A stretch of 49,193 nucleotides of DNA, filler included, from Jimgerdemannia flammicorona (Eukaryota): assembly GCA_003990765.1 (NCBI GenBank). It is 2 parts of 2 records of this genome, joined end to end, with 100 filler letters (N's around TTAATTAATTAA, not from the genome) between each part and the next. Parts side by side here need not be neighbours in the genome. Positions count along the whole stretch, not along the records: positions 1 to 24,548 come from RBNJ01000960.1; 1 more part is not named here. One strand, written 5' to 3'. Under the pieces are notes generated by a model. That model made no database searches and was not told the origin of the DNA. It was given only the letters and a program-made list of their open reading frames with translations. This document shows, piece by piece, positions 9,878 to 20,598 of this stretch. The translations under genes and the position numbers were made by a program. How positions within the stretch are numbered: position 1 is the stretch's first letter; every line of letters begins with the position of its first letter.

Positions 9878-11428
9878 TATAACAGTGACTCCAGAATGAT
9901 GACATCAATATAGGAGACAGTCTTTTCTTGCAAGCCACCAGATCAGAGCACAAGAAGATCATATGGTATATAAGATGAACAATAATGACTAACTGTGAGT
10001 CATTGTGACCACAGTATGGGTATCTTGAGGAATATAAAAGAAGAATCAAGAAACTACAATAGTAGTAACCAATAAGACCCACTAATCCCAAAATAGCTCA
10101 AAGACTTACCATAAATGAAATGTCTGCTACTTGTCAAACCTCAAGATCAAGGAATCACTAAGGCATCTTAGTTGAAGAAAGAATGTTCCAAGATATCAGA
10201 AGAGCCATAAAGACCTATACAAAGAGAACTCCTAGTGTCAACCTGAGTACTAGTAACTCTTATTATTATATTCTCTACTACTGTAAAGTGGAAACAAGGA
10301 TCACCATTACTACTGAATGTCTCCAAATATAGCAAGAGTATGAAATAAGAAACCTCCTCTGCCAGGAGTTCCCACAGACCAGCACTCAAGAGCTAAAAGA
10401 TACCACTCTCATAGATATATACGAAACAAGGACAGCTAAAAAGATCTATCAGATCTTCAGACATATACTATGGTTGATCCCCAACTTAGAGTATGTTAGA
10501 GTCTCAGACTTCAGAGACCTGTCAGCCCACTGTATCAATATACTAGAAGCCAGAGTAGCTATAGAAGTCCAGTCCACTATCATTCTTGACAGTGATGAAG
10601 TAGAAGACTTCTGGCATCCTATCCTCCAGGACAACCTAGACCAATTCCTGCAAGGATTGATCTCAGTATTCTAAGGCCCAAGTATCTAGGTTAGATCTCT
10701 CCAAAACTCTACATTTGTTCTCTATTTTATAGAAGAGAACCTTATAGACTGGAGAGCCCCAGATCTCCTTGTTCTTGCCACCACCAAATGTGATGACATT
10801 ATTAGTGATGACATTATCCTATACAACATATGTGATATATGCAATATATACAAAACACATGATCTATGTGATGATGATGAATTTGCAGACCTCATTTCCT
10901 TCAAAGACATCCTGACCTCTGATGAGAATGAAGCCTCTATGGTCTTGAACATTCTGCTTTAAAGTCCTTTGGTGATATTGAATTATGCTAGCATCAGCAT
11001 TCTGATGTGATACTGAATTATTTCAGCATTATTTTCCTATACCACTGAAATTATATCAGTATCCTGAATCTATACAACCATCAGTACTGACCCTGAAACT
11101 TAGCAGTTTTTCCTATTCTGGAATTTTATTTTAGTTATTGGAATTTATATTTAGCTTTATATCTTAGCAACCATTGAATTATATTTTGTATAAATACCCC
11201 TTTTATTTCCTCTAAAATAAAGTCAATCTACTTAGTGTAATATACACACTTTCTTGCAAGCAATTTAAGAGATAACAAGATAGTTTAAAGATAAGAAGTT
11301 TGAGAACTATAAGACCTTGAGAAGGCACTCCAATAAGAACTTGCTTATAACAAACTTGAGTTAGTCTAAGAGATATACCTTGAAGAGAATCTGGCATATT
11401 TGAAAGACTCAGCAACCACTACATAACA
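9878..11428 (+). repeat. 5' LTR of element B
   Basis: TATAACAGTG (decayed TG start)...CATAACA followed by the PBS; GTATAAATACCCC at 11188-11200. Confidence 0.92.
10120..11010 (+). pseudogene. Accessory ORF inside the 5' LTR of B, homologous to 973-1803
   Basis: One frame: MSATCQTSRS...AKKIYQIFRHILWLIPNLEYVRVSDFRDLS...WHPILQDNLDQFLQ...IDWRAP...FADLISF...SPLVILNY; several in-frame stops; TATAAAAG at 10033. Confidence 0.87.
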
Positions 11429-11431
11429 ACT

Positions 11432-11445
11432 TGGTGCCCATTGGC
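11432..11445 (+). other. Primer binding site of element B
   Basis: TGGTGCCCATTGGC, 3 nt after the LTR end; tRNA not assigned. Confidence 0.7.
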
Positions 11446-11554
11446 TGGTGATTCAAGATGAATTCCTTACTTTTAAGTTAAAAAATGAACAACCACCACA
11501 ACAACTACCCTGACTACAAGAGTCACCCCTGCAAGAATTCAAGATAAGATAGAA

Positions 11555-14500
11555 ATGCATCCCCCTACATTCTATGGATATATTACTGAAGAGTCAATCC
11601 TGACCTTCATTGAAGACTTTAAACAATTCACTGCTATATAAGCTCTTCATGTAGATGCACAATTGGCCCTTCTACTAGTCAGCCTCAGAGGACCTACTAG
11701 AGACAAGTTCAATGTAGCCACTATTGCTGATAATGGTGCAGCTAAACTTGCCAATATAAAGGTCTTCCTCAGAACAATATACTATACTGAAGAGATCAAG
11801 CAAGCTCTCAAGAATCAACTCAATACTATCTGCCAGAGACTTAGTAAAGATCCCAACTCATTCTATATCCAAATCTGCCACCAGATTGTCTTGACTGGCT
11901 ATAATGATGCCCTCAAGGAACAAATAGTAGATTCAACCTTCCTCAAAGGAGTTCACCCTAAAATTGCCCTAGCAATTCAGTCTACCATAGCTATACTGAC
12001 CCTTGATCAGAAAGTAGTCTTTACACAAAGATATTGGACTGTCAGACACCCTGCCAAATACTCAATAGAGAAAATAACTGGTATCAAGATAGAGCTATCA
12101 AAGCCAACTAGTATTATATCTGCTACAGTTGTAAACAGACAACCAACCCCACCTACCCCCAAGATAGTCAAAGCTGACCCAGTGGAGGAACTCACTAAGC
12201 AGTTTCCCAAGATGACTGCACACCTTAGTAATGTTGTTAGAGAAGTCCAAAGTACCAACAGGAGACCAGTGCAGAGATTTATAACTGCTATAGAAGAATG
12301 CAACATCATATGCTTCAGATGTGGAAAAGAAGACCACTATGTAAAGAATTGCATGACCAAAACAAGATATAAAGCCCAACTAAGTAATATTAGCAGAACT
12401 AGAGAGCAAACTCATACAGTAGTTATCAAGAAGATTGGTGATACTGATGATGAAGAATACTATGAGGAGCTTGAATTTTACCTTACTACTGAAGGTACCA
12501 GAACCTAGTCCAAGTTCTATGATAAGAAGAGCAATAGAAAGCCAGTTGGAAGACCAAAGAAGACCCCAGCTATCACTATTCAAAGCAAGACTCAACTCAA
12601 GGAGAATGATCAAGACATAGAGTTAGATGGAGCTGCTTGCTAAATCATTGAAGGCACTACTCCAGTCTCAGGAGAAAGTGAAAGCAAGAAGAAATAGAAG
12701 CTGTATAAGACCAAGATCTATCAATATGATATCTATAAGGACCTCAAGAAACAGAAGGTCAATGCTACTTTTGGACAACTAGCCAAAGTCTCTACCTTTA
12801 GACAGTAGTTGAGAGTAGGACTTGCAATTACTACCAAGAATCAAGAGTATAAGATTGTAGAAGCTCACAATATACAGGAAGAATCAGAAGACTTAAGTGA
12901 AGAATCTGAAGACCAGTGCAAGATATCAGCCTATACTCTATGTCAGATCGAAGATTGTAACTTTGATACCATCATTGATACTAGTGCTGAAGGATATCTC
13001 ATGAGCAAGAAGGCAATTGACTGCCTAAGCTAGAACATTGAAGAGTCCACCAAGATAGTCTATATTATAGCAGATGATATACAAGCTACCCCCCTTGGCA
13101 AAATCCAAGAAGTCCCCATCAAGATAGAAGGAGCTACTATCTCAGTAGATGTGATTGTTACAAGTGCCACCAACTATAACATTCTCATTGACAACTAATG
13201 GCTTTACAAGGCCAAGGCCATCATTGATCTCAATGCCTAGAAAATGCAGATCAACTATAGAGAAAGAAAGATATAAGTCTCTATCAATGTCTATAAAGGA
13301 GTTCTACCAGATATGGAGGAAAGAGATGAAGAGGACACAGAAGTCTTTATGCACTCAGTGAATAAGAATAAGAACAAGAACAAGACACCCAAGCTTACAG
13401 ATGAGCAGTGGTATAACAAGATCATTGATAGCTATACTCCTCAAGAAAGATGCCCCCATGGTACTAGGATGTACTGTTCTGAATACCTAAATGACTGCTG
13501 GTCCTATATCAGTGAAGTCAGGAAAATCTGCCAATAGAAACATGAGCAAGAAGCCACTGAAGCAAAAAGGAAAGCAGAAGAAGATGACCAGCCCCCTGAG
13601 CTTCAAGCTGACAGTGATAATGAGGAGGAATAAGAATCAGATATCACTCTCAAGGTCAAGAAGTTTTACCCTAAAGCCAAGATCCCAGAATACAAGACTG
13701 AAAGAGCCATAGGAATGGACCTTGCCAGCATTCAAGATACTTCTCTTGAACTACAGACCACTACCCTACTTGGTATTGGAATTGGAGTCAAGCTACCAGA
13801 GAACTATGCTGGAATTATCAAGACTAGGAGCAGTCTGGCAAAAAGCAAAATCTCAGTTGAAAGAGGAGTAATTGACCCTAATTACACTGGTGAGATCTTC
13901 CTCATAGTCAGGAATCACAATCCCACCACTCCATTCAAAATCAAGAAGCATGATAGGATTGGTCAGATGCTGATCTATGAAATCAAGAAGCCTAAGATCA
14001 CTGAAGCCATCAAACTCATCAAGACCAAGAGAGGAGAACAAGGCTTTGGATCTACTGGAAGAGGAGCCTATGCTGTCACCAAGATCACTAAACTTGAGCA
14101 CAAGAAAGACAGGGACCAGAACAAGCACATATATACTATTGGAGAAAACTTTCCCCTGGAAGAACAACTTCTCAAGATTCTGTACCAGAATGAAGGAGTA
14201 CTTGCTACAGACTTTAGGGATATCCATAATTAAGAATTCAAGTACTACTATGAAGTTGATACTGGTGATACCAAGCCCATCTACCAGAAAGTCAGACCTA
14301 TACCACCTATCTATAGAGAATGGCTGTGAGCAAAACTCAAGAAAATGGAAGAAGCCAGAATTATCAAGCAAGCTATCAGTCTCTGGGCTTCACCCATTGT
14401 CCTTACTCCAAAAAAAGGAAGCAAGCCTGGAGAGTTTGCACCAAGACTCTGCATTGACTACAGGAAGCTCAATGCAATCATCAAGAAGGATAGGCAGCCC

Positions 14501-15579
14501 TTGCCAAATATTCAAGAAATCCTTATCACCCTTGGAAGCAAAGCCAAATACCATGCCACCTTGGATCTGTTCTCAGACTTTTATTAGATTAATCTCACTC
14601 AAGATGCCAGTGAGAAATCAGCCTTTATCACATCTGATACCACCTATATCTACCTATGAATATCATTTGGAATATGCAATACCTCAGCAAGTTTTCAGCA
14701 AATGATGAACAGAGTCTTCAGTAATAAGATTGGAAAATGGCTCTTTGTCTATGTTGATGATATAATCATCTTCAGCAATACTGCACAGGAATATATCAAC
14801 TACATATAGCTAGCCCTCAAGAAGCTCAAGGAGCATGGCCTCTATATCAAGCCCAAGAAATATAAGTTTATAGCTCAAGAAATTGCCTACCTAGGACACC
14901 TCATCAATCAGACCAGAATCCACACAGACCCTATGAAGATTGAGGCTGTTGCAGCCTACCTGAGATCCAGAATAACCACAGAAGTCCATGTCTTCCTTGG
15001 ACTGGCCAGCTACTATAGAAGATTCATCAAAGGATACTCTAATATTGCAGCACCTATCTACAAGCTACTGAAGAAGGAACCAAATTCGAATAGACTAAGG
15101 AATACCAAGAAATCTTCAATGAACTCAAGATCAGGTTGACTCAAGCACCTATCCTCAGAAGACCAGATTGGAACCTAGAATTCATCCTGTAGACAGATGT
15201 AAGTACTATAGGACTTGGAGCAGTCCTAGCTCAGAAGAAAGATGGACATGAATATGTTATCTCCTATGCAAGCTGAGGTATCTGCAGAGCAGAACAGAAC
15301 TATGAGTTATGCAAGCTTGAATGCTTAGCAGTAGTTTGGACAGTAGACAAGTTTCACTACTATCTAGCTGAGAAACACTTCACTATTCAAACAGACCATT
15401 CAGCTCTTGCCTGGTTATTCTACACTCTGAACTCTAAAGGAATATATGCCAGATAGATTTATAGGCTGCAAGAGTATGACTGTACTGTCAAGTACTACTC
15501 AGGAAGAACCAACACCAATGCTGATGCACTCTCAAGGATACCCCAAAACACTCCCATCAAGACTATTCAATATGAATAA
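11555..15579 (+). pseudogene. gag-pol: gag-PR-dUTPase-RT-RNase H of element B
   Basis: PPTFYG gag start, CFRCGKEDHYVKNC knuckle, IIDTSA protease, RLCIDYRKLN and YVDD RT, NADALSR RNase H end; one frame to ~15075, then a 1-nt shift. Confidence 0.92.
13648..14059 (+). pseudogene. dut: dUTPase domain between protease and RT (element B)
   Basis: IGMDL, RSSLA, GVIDPNYTGEI, DRIGQ, RGEQGFGSTG. Confidence 0.95.
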
Positions 15580-16819
15580 GGAGTTATACTATGGATTAAT
15601 CAGCTATCATGGACAGTGGAAGATGCTCAACCACCTTGAACCCTGGACAATTATCATCATCAATCAGACTTGGAAACAGTTTGAACTAGACAACACTATA
15701 CTCAGAAAAAGAGGAAAGCTAGTAATACCTAAACATAAGAAGTATTAAGTAATAAAGGAAGTACATAAGCAAAGACACCTAGGAGGAATCAATATATATA
15801 ATAAGGTAAGAAGAACTATATGGTGGTCCAAAATGGAAGAAGACCTGCACCAATTTGTCAAAGGGTGTGATAAGTACCAAAAACAGAAATAAGATCAGCA
15901 AGACTAGGCACCCAGGTCATCAAGAATTGAGCCTATCCCCTTCCACCACATTGTAATAGATATCATTGGGCCACTACCAGTAATACTATCAGGAAACTGC
16001 TATATTATAGTTATTATAGACCTCTTTACCAAATAGATAGAAGCAGGAGCATTACAAGAAGCCAATGTTCTCTCTATAGCTGACTTCCTATACTGAGAAA
16101 TCATCTGCCACTACAAGACACCAAAGCAAATCACAACAGATCATGGCACAGAATTTGTCAATGGATTCCATGAGATAATGTATCAGAAATAAAAGATCCA
16201 GCACATCAAGACCACTGCATACCACTCTCAAGGAAATGGACAGATAGAGAGAACCAATAAGACTCTTAAGAACATTCTAGCAAAGATCTCAGAGATATAT
16301 GAGAATTGAGATAACTATCTCCCAACTGCCCTCTCTGTCCTATGAGATATACAATTATAGAGCATACACTTTACCCCAAGAGAACTGCTCTTCAGAGAAG
16401 AAGATTCTGATGAAACCTCAGCTACAAATCTAGACCTAACTTAGAGATAGGTTGATACAGAAATCTGGAGACTACACCAAATTAGGAAGAAGGCTGAAGA
16501 TTACATTATCAAGTCACAAACACTAACAAGGAAGAATGTGGAAAAGAATCACAAGATCCTAGAATCCATCCAAATCAGAGAAAAGGTCCTACTGTATTGA
16601 AATATGATAGAAGCCTCATGGTCACGAAAACTGAAGCCCAAATGGAAAGGACCCTTCTATGTGTAAGATATCAAGGGAACTACCTTCTAGCTTAGAAAAA
16701 TCTCAGAGACCATACTGCCTACCATGATATATAGGAACAGACTCAAGAAGTACCATGAACCTATACAAGAGAAGCAAAACATGATGACCACCCATGAGGT
16801 TCTAGTCCACAAATCATAA
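15572..16819 (+). pseudogene. int: Integrase of element B, in a different frame from RNase H
   Basis: ATG 15572 MNKELYYGLI...HKQRHLG...CDKY, IVIDIIGP, TDHGTEF, YHSQGNGQIERTN, KWKGPF; 416 codons with internal stops. Confidence 0.9.
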
Positions 16820-16823
16820 CAGC

Positions 16824-17102
16824 ATGTCCCATGACCAGCAAGCTATCTGTCTGGACTATTCTCTAAGGGATATGGCACAAGCAACTACTCATCCATGAGA
16901 CTTTCAAAGCTAGAGAAGTTTGAACTGTCAACTGATTGATCAAGATCAGAATCAGGCCCTTGCTCTATATGTATGAAGAGAGCAACTCTTTACCATTATG
17001 CCAAAATATAAAGAGAAGATGTCAGCCTATAAACACCACTTTTTGACTCCTTGCCAGAGGTTATAGGATCAGCAAATTTTTCAGGACTAGACCAATGAAT
17101 AA
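16824..17102 (+). pseudogene. Possible short extra ORF (93 codons) between integrase and PPT
   Basis: ATG 4 nt after the IN stop; fills the space to the PPT; five internal stops, all TGA/TAG. Confidence 0.4.
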
Positions 17103-17126
17103 GGATGCTTGAGAAGATCCTTATTC

Positions 17127-17136
17127 AGGAGGAAGA
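17127..17136 (+). other. Polypurine tract of element B
   Basis: AGGAGGAAGA directly before the 3' LTR. Confidence 0.85.
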
Positions 17137-18684
17137 TATAATAGTGACCCCAGAATGATGACATCAGCACAGGAGACAGCCTTTCTTACAAGCTACCAGA
17201 TCAGAGTATAAGAAGATTATATGGCATATGAGATGAGCAATAATAACCAACTGTAAGTCACTGTGACCACAGTATAAGTATCTTGAGAAATATAAAAGAA
17301 GAATCAATAAACTACAGCAACAGCAACCAACAAGACCCACCAATTCCAAAATAGCTCAAAGACTTACTACAAATAAAATGCCTGCTGCCCACCAAACCTC
17401 AAGGTCAAGAAACCACCAAGATATCTCAGTTGAAGAAAGGATGTTCCAAGACATCAGAAGAGCTATGAGGACCCACTCAAGAAGGACTCCTAATGTCAAC
17501 CTGGATACTGGTAACTCTTATCACTATATTCTCTACTGCTGTGAAATGGAAACAAGGATCACCATTGCTACTGAATGCCTCCAAATGTGGCAGAAGTACA
17601 AAATAGGAAACCTTCTCTGCCGGGAGTTCCCACAGGCTAGCACTCAAGAGCTATAAGATACCACTTCTATAGATATACATGAAACAAGAACAGCTAAGAA
17701 GATTCATCAGATCTTCAAGCATGCACTATGGTTGATCTCCAACTTGGAGTATGTTAGAGTCTCAGACTCCAGAGATCTATCAGCTCACTATATCAATATA
17801 CTAGAAGCCAGAGTGGCTACAGAAGCCCAGTCCACTATCACCCTTGACAGCAATGAAGTAGAAGACTTCTGACATCCCATCCTTCAGGATAACCCAGACC
17901 AATTCCTGCAAGAATTGATCTCAGTATTCTAAGGCCCAAGTATCTAGGCTAGACCTCCCCAAAACCCCACATTTGTTCCCTATTTTATAGAAGAGAACCA
18001 TATAGACTGGAGAGCTCCAGACCTCCTTATTCTTACCACTACTAAATGTGATGATGTCATTGGTGATGACATCATCCTGCATGATATATATAAGATGTGA
18101 CATATATGAAACACACAACCTATGTGATAATAATGAATTCATAGACCTCATCTTCTTTGAAGACATCCTGACCTCTGATGAGGATGAAGCCCCTATGGTC
18201 TTGAACATTCTGCTCTAAAGTCCTTTGGTAATACTGAATTATACTAGCACTGGTATTCTGATATAATACTGAATTATTCCAGCACTATTTTCCTATATTA
18301 CTAAAATTATACTAGCATCCTGAACCTGTACAACTATCAGTATCAACTCTGGAACTTAGCAGTTTTTTCTGTCCTGGCATTTTATTTTAGTTATTGGAAT
18401 TTATATTTAGCTTTATATCTTAGTAACCATTGAATTATATTTTGTATAAATACCCCTCTTATTTTCTCTGAAATAAAGTCAGTTTACTCAGTACAATATA
18501 TATACTTCTTTGTAAGCAATCTAAGAGATAATAAGATAGTTTAAAGATAAGAAGTTTGAGGACTATAAGACCTTGGGAAGGTACTCCAATAAGAACTTGC
18601 TTATAACAAACTTGAGTTAGTCTAAGAGATACACTTTGAAGAGAATCTAGTATATTTGAAGGACTCAGCAATCACTACATAATA
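17137..18684 (+). repeat. 3' LTR of element B
   Basis: Colinear with 9878-11428; both termini decayed to TA. Confidence 0.92.
17378..18266 (+). pseudogene. Accessory ORF inside the 3' LTR of B
   Basis: MPAAHQTSRS...YILYCCEMETRITIATECLQMWQKYKIGNLL...TAKKIHQIFKHALWLISNLEY; small indel near 18050. Confidence 0.87.
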
Positions 18685-19458
18685 ATATATACTCTCTTTT
18701 ATATTGTTTTTATATTTTATTATATTGATAGATTTTTTTAAACAAATAATAGTATAGATGATACTTCTAGCCAAACTGCTTTAAGTTGTTATATCTTATA
18801 CTCTAATATCTGACAGTATTGTAAGAAGAATAGTGATAATATTATTTATAACTACTATAGATAAAAAATGATTAAATATTATATACTATCTTTTTTTTAT
18901 AAGTTATTATTAATATATATATTTCTAATTGAAATATTTTTATATATATTTTAAATATCAGACAAATATATAAAGCTTCTAGTAAATTAACTTTAAATAT
19001 AATAAGACATATAAAAATCCAACATCTAGACAAAATTGAGCAGATTGAAGTAGTGTGCAAATTGGAAGTACTAATAATAATAAGTATACTTTTTTTATAA
19101 AAAAAAAAAAAACTTTAGGAGAAAATAAAGCTAATATATATTAAACCTGATAAACAATATATTCAGCTCTTTTCTTTGAAGAAATTTCAAGATCTACTCA
19201 TTTAGTGAATTGTAATCTCTGATCGGCTATTTACTACTATTAAAAGTGCTTCATTATATACTATCAAATATCTACTTTTATAAAAAAAAAAAAAAACTGA
19301 TTTCAGATTTTTTTTACCTTCTTTTCTCTAAAATAGAATATGGCAGACAAATTTTATTTACTATTAATATATAGACATCACCTAATATAATATTATTTCT
19401 TGGTATAACAGATCATTGAATTGATATAAATTAGAAACTTCAATCTCTCACTCTCAAT

Positions 19459-20598
19459 TAGTGCTCTCAAATAAATTGAATCAATTTAAATCAAATTGAA
19501 TTGAGAGTATTTCAAATTAAATTGGGGATTTTTCAATTTGAATTAGGTTTGAATCAAATTGAGTTCAAATCAAATTAGGGGTCTGATTTAAAATGTTCAA
19601 ACCAAATTGAGGTCTGATTCAATTTGAAATTGGAAATCAAACTTTGAAATATAATAACTTAATGAAAATATATCCAAATTTGATATATTTTAGCTTGTTA
19701 GATTCGCCTTAACAAAGTAAATCTGATACAATAAAGATCATTAGATTTGAATATATTTTCATCACATTATTATATTTTAAATATTTAGGTTCAAAATTGA
19801 GATCTGATTCAATTTGAAATTGAAAATCAAAATTTGGAATACAATAATTTGATAAAAACATTTCTGAATTTAATGTATTTTAGCTAGTTGGATTCGTCTT
19901 AATAAGGTGAATCCAGTATAATAAAGATCATTAAATTTGGACATTTTTTTGTCAAGTTATTGAATTTTAAAAGTTTAGATTTGTAAATTGAGATCTGATT
20001 CAAAGTCAAACTTTGAAATACAATAACTTGACAAAAACATATCCAAATTTAATGTATTTTAGCTTATTGGATTCACCTTGATAAGGCAAATCCAGTACAA
20101 TAAAGATCATCAAATTTAGATATGTTTTTGTCATGATATTGAATTTTAAAAATTTAGGTTCATGAATTGAGGTCTGATTTGAAGTCAAATTTTGAAATAC
20201 AATAATGTGATGAAATCATATCCAAATTTGATGTATTTTAGCTTATTTGATTTGCCATAATAAGATGAATCCAGTACAATAAAGATCATTAAATATAGAC
20301 ATATTTTTGTCATGTTATTTAATTTCAAAAATTTAAATTCATGAATTGAGGTCTGATTTGAAGTCAAACTTTGAAATGGAATAACTTGATAAAAACATAT
20401 CTAAATTTGATGTATTTTAGCTTATTGGATTTGCCTTAATAAGATAAATATAGTACAATAATGATCATTAAATTTGGATATGTTTTTGTCAAGTTATTGA
20501 ATTTCAAAAAATTTAGATTCAAATTGAAATTCAAATTAAATTAGGCCTCAATTTAATTTGAAGTTAATTTAATTCAATTCAATTTATTGAAAGTACTA
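19459..20598. mobile_element. Non-autonomous TIR-bounded element (MITE/foldback-like)
   Basis: TAGTGCTCTCAAATAAATTGAA at left is an imperfect inverse of TTCAATTTATTGAAAGTACTA at right; AATTG-rich subterminal repeats; no TSD seen. Confidence 0.6.
19605..20525. repeat. Tandem array of five 179-191 bp palindromic units
   Basis: AATTGAG(G/A)TCTGATT recurs at about 19605, 19795, 19986, 20165 and 20344. Confidence 0.93.

Larger units (their letters stand above)
9878..18684 (+). mobile_element. Full-length Ty3/Gypsy LTR retrotransposon B (no chromodomain, dUTPase-bearing), inactivated
   Basis: ~1.55-kb direct repeats at 9878-11428 and 17137-18684; PBS, PPT, gag-PR-dUTPase-RT-RH, IN; possible 4-bp TSD ATAT (weak, low complexity). 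Confidence 0.95.

Noticed and set aside
18690..19458. AT-rich stretch with A runs as a host gene or transposase remnant
   Set aside because: No recognisable motif or reading frame could be recovered by eye
19605..20525. Possible CRISPR array or integron cassette array
   Set aside because: Units are repeated along their whole length with no unique spacers or cassettes, and no cas or integrase gene is present; eukaryotic TE context
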